Source: Candidatus Eiseniibacteriota bacterium
GTDB lineage: Bacteria > Eisenbacteria > RBG-16-71-46 > CAZAMP01
Direction of reading: 5' to 3'
NCBI GenBank assembly: GCA_965224245.1
Contig: OZ245046.1
Span: 3,360,001 to 3,424,000 of the forward strand
Length of the DNA: 64,000 nt
Position numbers and translations under genes: made by a program. Below the pieces are notes generated by a model, which was not told the DNA's origin, did no database searches, and worked only from the letters and a program-made list of their open reading frames with translations. Positions within the stretch are counted from its first letter, which is position 1. Each line of letters opens with the position of its first letter. Positions 19,247-29,237 of the stretch are shown here, piece after piece.

Positions 19247-19759
19247 TCAGGGTATCTCCTCGACGGGACCGTGCGTCTCGAGCCACTCCATCAGCATCGT
19301 GTAGACCTCGAAGTAGGTCGCACGGCGGACGGGGTGGGTGTGGTCGAGGAGCGCCTTCGGATCGATCCACGAGAACTCGTCGAACTCCTCGGAGACGGCG
19401 TCTTCCTCAATCTCACCCTCGAGCCTCAGAACGAACCAGATGTGGGATTGGCCGTCGTAGAGGCCGGTCTCCGACCCGCCGGCCCAGACGTAGCGCGTGC
19501 GCCGGGGAAGCAGGCCGAGGATCTTCACCCGCCGCGTGCCCAGCTCCTCGTACAGCTCGCGGAGCACGGCCTCCTCGGCATTCTCGTTCTCGTCCATCCC
19601 CCCCTGGGGGAACTGCCAGTGCGGGGACTCGGAGTCGTTGCGCCGCCCGACGAGGAGCCGACCCGCGGCGTCGAACACGAGCGCGCCCACGGCCGGACGG
19701 AAGCTGGGGCCGCCCTTGCCGAAGTGTGACTCGTCGCTGTTCGTCAGATCCGCCGCCAT
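19247..19759 (-). CDS. rppH: Nudix hydrolase, RNA pyrophosphohydrolase (RppH)-like
   Basis: FRPAVG, WQFPQGGMDENENAEEAVLRELYEELG (Nudix box), YDGQSHIWF, EFDEFSW. Confidence 0.78.
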   Translation of the reverse strand: MAADLTNSDESHFGKGGPSFRPAVGALVFDAAGRLLVGRRNDSESPHWQFPQGGMDENENAEEAVLRELYEELGTRRVKILGLLPRRTRYVWAGGSETGLYDGQSHIWFVLRLEGEIEEDAVSEEFDEFSWIDPKALLDHTHPVRRATYFEVYTMLMEWLETHGPVEEIP

Positions 19760-20167
19760 CGCGCATCACCGTCGTGGGCCCGGGGAAGTCACGCACGGGT
19801 GTCGCGCGGCGCTGGGCCCGGGCCGCGGACACGGCGGCGGTCGCCTCGACGGGATGTCGCACCGGGACCCCGTTAGCTCGTCGCCTGCGTTGCTGGTCGA
19901 TCCGGTTGGGTCGTTCAACAGTATAGCCACTGTGTCTCGGCAGCGGCAATTCACCCCGGAGGCGGTCCAAGAGCGCCGAGAACGAAACGGGCGTCGCCTC
20001 CCCGGACACGCTCCGGTACCGGCACGGGCGTCGTCGCCTTGACACGCTTTCCCGCGGGCGATTAACTATGGCGGCGTCGGTGGATCCCAGCAGAACCGGC
20101 GAACACGGATGCGAGTGTCGACCGGGAGTCGTGTCCGACCCTTCCCCCACCGGAGGCTTTCGCCGAA

Positions 20168-20620
20168 ATGGAGCTCTTTCTGATCGTCGTCGTGGCGGTG
20201 CTGATCCTGTTCCACCTCCACAGTCTCCGCAAGTCGACGGACACGCTCATCCAGCGTCTGGGTGCCTCGGCCCAGGCCCCGCCCTCCGCCATCCGACCCG
20301 AGGAGTTGAATGCACTCCGCTCACGGCTCAACGACGTGCAGTCGGCGGTCACGTCGATCCAGTCGCATCTGGCCGAGATGCGCAAGGACCACGAGATCCT
20401 CGACGAGCTCGAGGAGAACGTCATGCACGAGTGGGCCAAGGTCATCGAGGACAAGCTCGGCAAGCGCCCGATCTTCGTGGCCTGTCCGAAGTGCGGGCAC
20501 GAGGGCGGGCTCGAGCCGAACCTGCTCACCGAGGACGATTCCGAGTACGGCTGCCCCAACTGCGGCTCGATCCTGTCGGTGGAGCTGTTGCGCGAGACGT
20601 ATCCCGACGCGGTCATCTGA
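20168..20620 (+). CDS. Membrane-anchored coiled-coil protein with C-terminal zinc ribbon
   Basis: N-terminal TM segment, heptad-rich middle, CPKC…CPNC. Confidence 0.7.
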   Translation: MELFLIVVVAVLILFHLHSLRKSTDTLIQRLGASAQAPPSAIRPEELNALRSRLNDVQSAVTSIQSHLAEMRKDHEILDELEENVMHEWAKVIEDKLGKRPIFVACPKCGHEGGLEPNLLTEDDSEYGCPNCGSILSVELLRETYPDAVI

Positions 20621-20649
20621 GCGCCGGATCGCGTGAGCGCCCCCGTACG

Positions 20650-22740
20650 CTAGTCCAGGTGCAGTGCGGTGAGCTCGCCGCCGTATCCCTGGAACACGAC
20701 CGCCACCCCCGACTGCACGTACGCCGGGTCCGCGGGTACCCACGCGCCGAGCCATCCGTCCACACGCGCGCGTGAAGGCGAGAGCCGATAGACCCGGCCG
20801 TCGCGACACGGGATGAAGGCGGCCGCGTCGGTGGTCCACACCGCGTGCGGGCGGCCGCCGAGCCGCACGAGCGCATCGGCCTCCCCGGGACGAACGACCC
20901 GCGCCATCGCATCGGGTCCGGCCAGGACCAGCGCGTCGCCCACGACCCCCCAGTGCGTGCGCGGGGGCAGCGGCCGCCGCTCCAGCACCGCGAGCCGGTC
21001 GTCGAGCACCACGAGCGAGTCGGCGGTGGCGGCGATCCAGCGATCGTGACCGCGAACGCCACGCGATCGCGGCGGGAACGCGCCGCCACGCGCCGCCCCG
21101 ATCTCGCCCGACCGGGGATCGACGGCCACGAGCCGGTCACCGGTGCCGACCAGGATCCAGCTCTCGTCCGGGCGCGTTCGCGTGGTGCCCACGGTGTCGA
21201 GCCGGGTCGCCGAGAGCCGGCCCCCGGTTCCGAGATCGACCCGAACGATCTCGCTCCCGTCGATCCCGAGGACGGCGGACTCGCGGGTCACGGCCAGCGG
21301 CGTCCAGACGCGCCGATCGGGGCGCCAGCCCGGCACGCGATCGGGCAGCAGACGCGACCACAGCCGCTTTCCCTTCACGTCGACGGCGAACACACCGCCC
21401 CCATCGAGCGTCCCCACGACGATGTCCGCCTCGCCGCTTGCGTACGTCGCGGACACCGCCGTGAGCTCGGGGCGCCTCCACGCGATCGAGCCCGACTGCC
21501 AGCTTCGCCCGAGGAGGCCGTCGTCGACGGCGTAGACGATTCGCGACCGCACGCTGGAGAACGGTCGCCGGGCATGCGCGCCCTCCACCGTCCACAGGAT
21601 CCGACCGCGCTCCCTCACGCGCTCCGGGTCGAGCGATTCGACCCGAGACAGTGTCACGTCGTCGTCGCGGCGATCGACGTGGAGCCCGTTGTCGAGCGCG
21701 AGCGCATCCACCAGCGCGCCGGGGGTCTGATGTCGTGACGACACAATCGAGCACGGGGCCTCCCGATCCACGAACGCCGCCTTCACGGCCGCCCCGAGCA
21801 CGTCGGTGAGCCGGTCGGTGACCTCGGACAGCGGCACCGACTCGAACGCGGTCGCCACTCTCCCTTCACCATCGGCGAGAACCGGTGCATCGCCGGCTCG
21901 GCGTGCGAGCGCCCACGTGTCCGATGACGCGGGATCGAGCCCCGCGCGCGACACGCGATCGGCCACCGCCGACGGAATGTGCGCCAGAGGAAACGCATCC
22001 ACGAGAACACGCCGGAGCCACCCCGCGATGCCGGGCTGCCCCAGACGCTCCGCGAGCGCCACGACGAGGGCGCCCTCTCCGGCCGAGAGCGTGCGAAGGG
22101 TGTACCCGCCCGGGTCCCCCGCGGCGACGGCGCCCATGGCGCGAGCGGCCTCGGCGAGCCGTCCGCCGACGTGCGCGGCGATACGTTCGATGCGCGGCCC
22201 ATCCGGCGCCGGAAACGACAGCGTCCAGTCGTCGGGCAACGTGGCCACGACGCGTCCGCCGGTGATGGCCGCGGACAGCACGGCGGGATCGTTCAGAAGG
22301 AAGTGTCCGAGCTTGCGCTCGAGCGTCGCGGCGTCACCGCCGTCGCCCAGCTCGCTCAGCACGAACGCGACCACGCGGAACGCGAGCCCCCGCGCGGCGT
22401 GCGCGCCGGCGGGGCCGCTCACGAAGACCGACCGGCCGTCGAGCGGACCGGATCCGAGCTCGATGCTCTCGGGCGTCGACGCGAAGCCGAACATCGTCAC
22501 CAGCTCGGGGTCCCGGCGAACGACGAACGCGCCCACCGTCACCGACGGCGGATCGACCGTGTAGCGCAGGGTGGCGGGGGCATCGATCCAGCGTCCGTCG
22601 ATCAGGAACGTTCCGGCACCGACCTCCCGGCTGAGCGAGAGCGGGTCGCGGGCGCCGGCCGGCTCCGCGATCCACGGCGCGAGGGCCGCGACCACGAGCA
22701 CGGCCGCCGCCCGGCGAGGCGCGCCGGCGTGATCGAGCAT
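20650..22740 (-). CDS. Exported protein with C-terminal PQQ-like (BamB-type) beta-propeller
   Basis: ATG at 22740 followed by a signal peptide; repeats such as GRILWT, GSIAWRR, VVGTLDGGGVFAVDVKGKRLWS, GELTALHLD. Confidence 0.6.
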   Translation of the reverse strand: MLDHAGAPRRAAAVLVVAALAPWIAEPAGARDPLSLSREVGAGTFLIDGRWIDAPATLRYTVDPPSVTVGAFVVRRDPELVTMFGFASTPESIELGSGPLDGRSVFVSGPAGAHAARGLAFRVVAFVLSELGDGGDAATLERKLGHFLLNDPAVLSAAITGGRVVATLPDDWTLSFPAPDGPRIERIAAHVGGRLAEAARAMGAVAAGDPGGYTLRTLSAGEGALVVALAERLGQPGIAGWLRRVLVDAFPLAHIPSAVADRVSRAGLDPASSDTWALARRAGDAPVLADGEGRVATAFESVPLSEVTDRLTDVLGAAVKAAFVDREAPCSIVSSRHQTPGALVDALALDNGLHVDRRDDDVTLSRVESLDPERVRERGRILWTVEGAHARRPFSSVRSRIVYAVDDGLLGRSWQSGSIAWRRPELTAVSATYASGEADIVVGTLDGGGVFAVDVKGKRLWSRLLPDRVPGWRPDRRVWTPLAVTRESAVLGIDGSEIVRVDLGTGGRLSATRLDTVGTTRTRPDESWILVGTGDRLVAVDPRSGEIGAARGGAFPPRSRGVRGHDRWIAATADSLVVLDDRLAVLERRPLPPRTHWGVVGDALVLAGPDAMARVVRPGEADALVRLGGRPHAVWTTDAAAFIPCRDGRVYRLSPSRARVDGWLGAWVPADPAYVQSGVAVVFQGYGGELTALHLD

Positions 22741-22802
22741 GGCTCTCAGGAAACAGGAGATTCTCACAGCCCTCGGATTGGACGATGTGAGCCGGTCCGC
22801 GA

Positions 22803-25800
22803 TCAGTACCCGAACAGGAACCCGAAGTAGAACTTCCAGTCCTTGGTGGTCAGCTCGCCACCGGCGTCGCCGCTCTCGTCGGTGATCGTATTCGGGATCG
22901 GGACGCGATCCAAGGAATAGGCCCCCTCGACGTACAGGCGCGCCGGGAAGGTGTTGAAGTTGACCATGTCCAGGCGCAGCTCGAAGCCGACGTCCCGCAC
23001 GAGATCGCGGGCCAGCTTCTGGCGCTTGATGTCGTCCCAGATCGGACGCTCCCAGACCAGACCCGCCTCGTAGAACACTCCGGCGTAGAGTCGTTCCAGG
23101 TGAAACTGCAGAAGCCGGCGATCGATCTTCGGGAGCACGGGGAAGCGATACGTCGCGCGACCCAGCCCGTAGGCCCGCCCCTCCAGCGTGTAGTACGTGT
23201 AGCCGCGGAGCCCCGGCCGCGACCCGACACGGAACCAGAAGAAGTCGTCGACGCGCTCGGAGATCCACCCGCCCTGGAGGCGTGCCTCGAACGCGTGCGA
23301 CCCGTAGGGCAGCCCACGCGATTGCTGCATGACGCCCGAGATCTGGTGGAACGTGTTGTCGTCGTACAGCGTGGTCACGATGCCCGCGTCGTCCACCTCG
23401 CGGTTGCCGCTCGGAGACAGGTCGTTGTTCGAGAACACGTACTGGAGCGCGTACGACGATCCGACGGGGTTGATCTCCGCGTCCAGTCGCCGCGCCGCCT
23501 GGCGCCGCGTCCACGACACGACCACGTCCCGTCCCCGGTAGTAGTCCCAGCCGTCCTTGGGCAGGATCAGGAACTGACCGTCGTCGAGGAGATCGTCCAC
23601 CGGTGTGAGCTTGGTGACCGCGAGGTTCAGGTGGCTCTTCGAGTACCGGAAGCGCGCGGAGAGCTCCGAGTAGAAGTACGGCGAGTAGAGGCTGCCGTTC
23701 TCCAGCCGCAGACCCACGTCGACCTCGAGCGCGTCGTAGCGGAGGTCCAGATCCCACCTCCGCTCGAGGCCCTCGAGCTTGGCGTCGATCGCGTCCTCTC
23801 GGTGCTTTCGGATCCAGAAGCCCTCGGCGAAGAGCGTCGGCCAGAACAGCCGGTTCTCGTAGATCGCGAACAGATCGAAGTCGCCGTTGGTACCCGCCGC
23901 GAGCCCCCCGAAGATGGACTGCTTGTCGAGAACGTCGTTCGTGCTGGCGTACAGGCCGAGCTTAACGCGGCCCTCGTCCACGACGACCCGTGGCGAGACG
24001 AGGAAGCGCGAGAACTGTCCGCGGTACGGATGCGGATCCACGTCGATCGTGACCGGGGTGATCCGGGCCACGTCCCGCTCCAGCGGCTCGAAGCGCTCGA
24101 TGGGCTCGTTCAGCGCGTCGTCGATCGGCATCACGTGAATCTTGTAGCCGTCCGACGTGAAGCTCGCGAACGCGAGCAAGCGCCCGTCCGGGCTGAGTGC
24201 CGGGTACAGGGCGCCGCCGACGACGTTGGTGAGCCGGGTCGTCCGCATCGTCTCGAAGTCGAGCCGGTAGACGTCGAACTTGCTGAACCCGCTCGCGGGC
24301 GTGTCGGACGTGAACAGGATCGCCGCGTCGGAGGGATGCACGAAAGGCATCCGGTCGTCGGCGGGACTCGCGAACAGGGGCTCCGGCTCGACCGGCACCG
24401 GCGCGAACGCCTCCAGGCGCACGATGTCGCGCGTCTCGCCCTGACGCACCGACCCTCCCGAGTCGAACGCGTCGACGATCAGCGAGAGGCCGTCGACCGA
24501 CCACTTCGGCGCGTAGTACTGGCGGCCGAACGGCGAGTCGGTGATGACGGTCACGTTCGCGTTCTCCTCCTCGGCCGGAAGATCGACCAGCACGACGTCG
24601 TTGGTGCCGTCGGCGTTGTACACGGCCGCGATCTTCGTCCCGTCCGGAGAGACCGCCGGATCGCGAAGCCGGGCGCCGCGCGTGAGGCGCGTCTCCTCCT
24701 CGCTCTCGAGGTCGTACCGGTAGAGGTCGAAGTAGAGGGAGCCGAAGCGGTCCTTCTCGGCACGCTTCGCGTAGTACACCGACTTCCCGTCGGGCGCCCA
24801 GTCGAAGCCGCCGGCCACGCCGGGCGCCAGCAGCTCGGTCGGGGCATCCTCGCCGTCGGCCGGCGCGACGTCGCGAACGACCAGCGATCCCCGGTGGAAG
24901 GGGCTTCCGCCGTTGCTGATCCAGGCCAGGCGCCTTCCGTCCGGAGAGAACAGCGGGTGGATGTTGTACGTGCCGGCCTGGTCACCCTCGAAGGGGGTGC
25001 CCGAGCGCTCGGTGGGGCGCACCCGCGCCGCCTGCGCCTCCGCCGTGGCCTCGACTTCGGCCCGCCACTCCCGGTACAGCTCCGCCCCGGACTTGCCCGT
25101 GGCCTTCTCGAACGCCCCCTCCGGGGTCAGCCGGAACGGACTCCGGAGTCCCTCGATGATCTCGCGAAGCGAGGCTTCCCCGTACTCTCGCGCGATGTAG
25201 CGCGTCATGCTGAACCCGTGGTCGTACACCATCTCGCTGCAGAGGGTGCCCTTGAACAGCGACATCTCGTCGTACGTCAGGAGCGTTCCGTCGAGAGCCG
25301 CCACCCGGACGATCATGTCGCGGTGCGCGTCCCACTGGTCGAGGTGGGTGTCCGACGTCATGTACTGCGCGCTGCCCTCGGCGAACCACGCCGGCACCTG
25401 TACGCCGCTGTACGGATACGAGGCGATGCGGTTGGGATAGCCCGTCAGGACGTCGGTGCGGCGCTCGTCCTCGTAGTCGAACCACTGGAGGTACACCGCC
25501 GGCACGTTGGTCGGCGTGCGCTGCGATGCCTGGATGTTGACCATGTGCGTGAACTCGTGGGTGATCACGTTCCAGAGCCACTGCGTCGTGCCTCGCAGAT
25601 CGAACTCGAGGTTCGTGGCCCAGATGGCCATCTTGCCGTCGAAGAAGTAGGCCGAGCCGTTGGCGTAGTCCTCGTAGTCCCCCAGGATGAGGTGCGTCTT
25701 CTTGGCGGGCTCCCAGTCGTAGAGCCCCGTGATGCGGGGGTAGATCGTCTCGGCGATGATGGCGGCCTGGCGGGCGGTCTCGTCCACGCCGTCGTGGTAG

Positions 25801-25934
25801 TGCACGATGAAGTGGTCGGTCTCGAACGTGAGCCAGTCGAGCTCGCTGTGGTTCTGCGCGCGCGCCGGGCGCGCGAGATGGCACGCGGCCAGAGCGAGCA
25901 GCGCCACGGCGAGCGCGCGAGCCGCTCCCCTCAC
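22803..25934 (-). CDS. Gluzincin peptidase + TolB/PD40 propeller + Omp85/BamA-like barrel fusion
   Basis: Signal peptide; ITHEFTH…WFAEGSAQY; repeats FSPDGRRLAW, WAPDGK, VSPDGTK, LSPDGR; GLRGY loop motif; ends KFYFGFLFGY. Confidence 0.8.
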   Translation of the reverse strand: MRGAARALAVALLALAACHLARPARAQNHSELDWLTFETDHFIVHYHDGVDETARQAAIIAETIYPRITGLYDWEPAKKTHLILGDYEDYANGSAYFFDGKMAIWATNLEFDLRGTTQWLWNVITHEFTHMVNIQASQRTPTNVPAVYLQWFDYEDERRTDVLTGYPNRIASYPYSGVQVPAWFAEGSAQYMTSDTHLDQWDAHRDMIVRVAALDGTLLTYDEMSLFKGTLCSEMVYDHGFSMTRYIAREYGEASLREIIEGLRSPFRLTPEGAFEKATGKSGAELYREWRAEVEATAEAQAARVRPTERSGTPFEGDQAGTYNIHPLFSPDGRRLAWISNGGSPFHRGSLVVRDVAPADGEDAPTELLAPGVAGGFDWAPDGKSVYYAKRAEKDRFGSLYFDLYRYDLESEEETRLTRGARLRDPAVSPDGTKIAAVYNADGTNDVVLVDLPAEEENANVTVITDSPFGRQYYAPKWSVDGLSLIVDAFDSGGSVRQGETRDIVRLEAFAPVPVEPEPLFASPADDRMPFVHPSDAAILFTSDTPASGFSKFDVYRLDFETMRTTRLTNVVGGALYPALSPDGRLLAFASFTSDGYKIHVMPIDDALNEPIERFEPLERDVARITPVTIDVDPHPYRGQFSRFLVSPRVVVDEGRVKLGLYASTNDVLDKQSIFGGLAAGTNGDFDLFAIYENRLFWPTLFAEGFWIRKHREDAIDAKLEGLERRWDLDLRYDALEVDVGLRLENGSLYSPYFYSELSARFRYSKSHLNLAVTKLTPVDDLLDDGQFLILPKDGWDYYRGRDVVVSWTRRQAARRLDAEINPVGSSYALQYVFSNNDLSPSGNREVDDAGIVTTLYDDNTFHQISGVMQQSRGLPYGSHAFEARLQGGWISERVDDFFWFRVGSRPGLRGYTYYTLEGRAYGLGRATYRFPVLPKIDRRLLQFHLERLYAGVFYEAGLVWERPIWDDIKRQKLARDLVRDVGFELRLDMVNFNTFPARLYVEGAYSLDRVPIPNTITDESGDAGGELTTKDWKFYFGFLFGY

Positions 25935-28900
25935 CGGGCCACCGCCATCTTCGTCTCGTGCACGACGCTCTCGGCGCCGCGGGCCGTCACGCGAACGAGG
26001 TAGAGCCCCGGCGCCACGCGGTCGCCCTCATCGGACCGGAGATCCCAGGACCGTTCGTTCGGAACGCCGCCCAGGCCCGGTGCCGAGAGCTCGGCCACGC
26101 GCAGGCCGGTCACGTCGTACACGGTGATCGTGACCTCGGCGTCGGATCCGAGCACGTAGCGAAACGTCACGTCGTCGTAGGCGGGCGTCGGGTACACGAC
26201 CAGGTCGTCCTCGGCGAAGAACGAGTCGACGTCGACCACGTCCACGAAGCCCGACGCGTCGAGCGCATTGCCGCGCGCGCTGGATCCGCCGGCGGCGCCC
26301 CAGTGGGCATCGGCATGAGCGTCGGGGGCGAAGGCGGCATACGACCATCTTCGGCCCACGTTCGCCGCCACGACCGCGCCTCCGCCGAGTCCGCTCACCA
26401 CCGGCGTGCTGCCGTGCGTCCGCCCCGCCGGACGCGGCCACCCGTCCAGCACCCTGCCCTCGCCGTCGAACGCGCGGAGCAGGCCGTCGGGGCACGCGAC
26501 CAGCACGTCCTGCGTGCCGTTGCGATCCAGGTCCGCGATCAGCGGCTCGGTCGCGACCGGATCCTCCAGGGGATCGAAGGCCGAGAGCGTCACCGGCCAG
26601 CCGTCGAGACGGACCCCGTTGACGCCGAGCGCACGTGCGCGGTTCACGTCGCCCACGACCACGTCGAGACGACCGTCGCGGTTCACGTCCCCCAGCGCGG
26701 GCCGGCTCTCGGCCGACTCCAGCGCGACCGGCCAGCCCGGCAGCATCCGGAGCTCGTTCGCCGATCCCGGCGCGGCCGGCTCGAAGCGATGCATGGCCAG
26801 CGTCCCGTTCGAGGTCAGCGTGACCAGTACGGCCTCGCCGGCGGCGCTCGTGCGTCCGAGACGGGCCGGAACCCCGGACTCCCCGCCGATCGCGGCCACG
26901 AACTCCGCCTCCAGCGCGCGTGTGACCAGCCCGTCGCCGGGCCCGAACACGAACGACTCGATCTCTCCGGATCCGTGCGAGACGATCAGGCGATCGGAAT
27001 CCACCGCGAGTCCCGTCACCGCGGACGTCACGCCGAGCTCGACGCTCTCGGCGACGAAGCGACCGAGCGCCACGCTCCATTGCCAGTGATGAAGCCGTTC
27101 ACCGGTGGCGGCGAAGACGTCGCCGGCGCCGTCATCGTCGATGTCGGCCACCGCGACCCGGAGCGGGGCGGTGCCGGCGCGGCCCGGTCGGGGTGGCAGG
27201 AGCAGCGCGGTGACGCTCCACGCGTCCCCGCCGTCGGCCGCCCGCACGGCCAGCGAGCCGTCCTCGAACGCGGTGAGGATCTCCTGGGCGGCGTCGTCCC
27301 CGGCGATCACGTCGGCGACGAGCACGTCGTTCTCGCCGTTGCGACTCCACTCGGCATCGATCACACGCCCCGACCCGGACTGGTCGACGATGCGGACGGT
27401 CGTCTCGTCCACCAGCACGACCTCGATGGAGCCGTCGCCGTCGACGTCGCCGGAGACCGGCGAGATCGCCGTGTAGACGTCACCGCCGTCGTCGGGCCAT
27501 CCCGGCAGCGAGAGCGCGCTTCTGATCGTGCATGTCATGACGCCGCCCGTGTCACCGATGGCGGTCACGAAGACGCCGGTGTCGGCCCGGCCCTGGTTCG
27601 ATCGGCTCGACGGCGTCGACTCGGGGGTCAGCGCGTCGTTGTTCCCGGCGAAGAATGCGTCCTCGGGCAGGCCGAAGCCTCCCTCGGGGTAAAGCCCGAT
27701 CTCGTCCAGTCCGTCGGCCTCCAGGAGCTTCACGCCCCGCCGACGGAAGTCGGCGTTCACGCGGTTGTCGTCGCGCGTGGCGTCGATGACGTCCTGATCG
27801 ATGTGCCAGATCAACAGTCCCGACCCGGGAATCCCGTAGTCGTACTCGTCGCCCTCGACCGCGATCGGCACCGTCTCGTCCAGGAGGATGGTGAACGTCC
27901 CGTTCCCGTCGAGCTCCTTCTTGCGGGTCTCGATCAGGAAGTACTCGCGATCGTCCACCGGAACGATCACCAGATCGGCGCCGCCGTCGAGCACGCCGCG
28001 GGCGCGCACGCCGACGTCCTCGCCGTTGGTGACCACCACCGCGTCGCCCCAGCCGAGATCGAAACGCGACCAGCCGCACACGAGCGCGGGCGACTTGCCG
28101 AGGAGGTTCCCGCCCCCCTGATCCATCAGCCCGAAGCGACCGATGCCCGGAGCCCCGGAATCCGGATTGAACAGCACGGGCAGCCCGAGCTGGCTCCCCA
28201 TCAGCTGCGCGAACACGCCGGTGAGGGCGAACTCGAAGCCTTCCTGGTTCTCGGTCTCGGGCAGCCACAGGCCCTCGGTCACGTGATGCGCGCCGCCCTG
28301 CACCGCGATGCCCGGCCAGTCCTCGTCCTCCCCGAGATAGTCGCGCAGCTCCTCGAAGGACAGGAACGCGGAGACGATGTCGCTCGGCGTCGAGTCGTCG
28401 ATCAGGAGATCCTGCCCTACCCCGGCGTGGAAGATCGTGTAGTAGTCGTACGCGTCGAAGGCGACCCCGGACTCGTCGGCCACCGTGATCGCGTCGCGAA
28501 AGAACTCGGCGAGGCGGAGGTTCAGCGCGGCATCGGTCGTGTCGGGGTTGTAGTAGCGCATCGGCCGGGGCATCTCGTAGAAGCGCGGCGTTGCGGTGGC
28601 CGTCGGGGAGAGATCCCACGTGATCCGGAGCCGACCGCCCGACGCCGCGTCGAGGTAGTGGTCGAGGGCCTGACACTGGCGATCGAAGTACGGGTGATCA
28701 TGCGGGGGGCGGTTGGTCTCGTAGGTGTCGTCGGGCTCGAGCTGGAAGCGTCCGTCTCCGGTCGTGTTCGGGTCGGTATCCTCGGGAAACTCGACGAGCA
28801 AGACGAGGAGCCGTGCCGTCTCGGCGTCGCCGGCGGGTATGCGCTGCCCCGCTCGAAACGCCGAGGCATGGCGCGCGGGATCCGCCGCCCGTTGCGACGG

Positions 28901-29065
28901 GCGTCCGGGTCGAAGCCGGAGCTCGGGGGAGGCAAGTCGATCGCCCGCGCCGCGAGCATCGGCCACGCTGGCGTCGGGGACGGTGGCCATCCAGCCGAGA
29001 GCGGCCAGGACGGCGACGACGAGGACGCCGCGTACGAGTGCGCGTCCGGATGATCGTGCGTGCAC
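25931..29065 (-). CDS. M6 (immune inhibitor A)-like domain with degenerate zinc motif + FG-GAP repeats + CTD-like domain
   Basis: LVLLVEFP, IFHAGVG, GVFAQLMGSQLGLPVLF, GIGRFGLMDQG, EYFLIETR, SGLLIWHID; GDVDGDG/DLDRNG repeats; tail VYPTP…VYDVTG…WDLR…GLYLVR. Confidence 0.8.
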   Translation of the reverse strand: MHARSSGRALVRGVLVVAVLAALGWMATVPDASVADARGAGDRLASPELRLRPGRPSQRAADPARHASAFRAGQRIPAGDAETARLLVLLVEFPEDTDPNTTGDGRFQLEPDDTYETNRPPHDHPYFDRQCQALDHYLDAASGGRLRITWDLSPTATATPRFYEMPRPMRYYNPDTTDAALNLRLAEFFRDAITVADESGVAFDAYDYYTIFHAGVGQDLLIDDSTPSDIVSAFLSFEELRDYLGEDEDWPGIAVQGGAHHVTEGLWLPETENQEGFEFALTGVFAQLMGSQLGLPVLFNPDSGAPGIGRFGLMDQGGGNLLGKSPALVCGWSRFDLGWGDAVVVTNGEDVGVRARGVLDGGADLVIVPVDDREYFLIETRKKELDGNGTFTILLDETVPIAVEGDEYDYGIPGSGLLIWHIDQDVIDATRDDNRVNADFRRRGVKLLEADGLDEIGLYPEGGFGLPEDAFFAGNNDALTPESTPSSRSNQGRADTGVFVTAIGDTGGVMTCTIRSALSLPGWPDDGGDVYTAISPVSGDVDGDGSIEVVLVDETTVRIVDQSGSGRVIDAEWSRNGENDVLVADVIAGDDAAQEILTAFEDGSLAVRAADGGDAWSVTALLLPPRPGRAGTAPLRVAVADIDDDGAGDVFAATGERLHHWQWSVALGRFVAESVELGVTSAVTGLAVDSDRLIVSHGSGEIESFVFGPGDGLVTRALEAEFVAAIGGESGVPARLGRTSAAGEAVLVTLTSNGTLAMHRFEPAAPGSANELRMLPGWPVALESAESRPALGDVNRDGRLDVVVGDVNRARALGVNGVRLDGWPVTLSAFDPLEDPVATEPLIADLDRNGTQDVLVACPDGLLRAFDGEGRVLDGWPRPAGRTHGSTPVVSGLGGGAVVAANVGRRWSYAAFAPDAHADAHWGAAGGSSARGNALDASGFVDVVDVDSFFAEDDLVVYPTPAYDDVTFRYVLGSDAEVTITVYDVTGLRVAELSAPGLGGVPNERSWDLRSDEGDRVAPGLYLVRVTARGAESVVHETKMAVAR

Positions 29066-29237
29066 GGTTTACTCGCCGAGGTGAAGGCTGACGCAACGGC
29101 ACGAGTGCCGCGCGCGCGAGGATGGCATCGGCTGACGACATCCAGTACAACCGCCCCTCCGGGGAGGGGTTCCAGAAAGATCCGCCGGATGCTAGTGGAT
29201 GGCACGAAACGGGGTCAACCGTAACTTGGGGCGTTAG

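Noticed and set aside
20039-20068. TTGACA upstream of 20168 as a full promoter
   Set aside because: Perfect -35 but no good -10 at 16-18 nt spacing.
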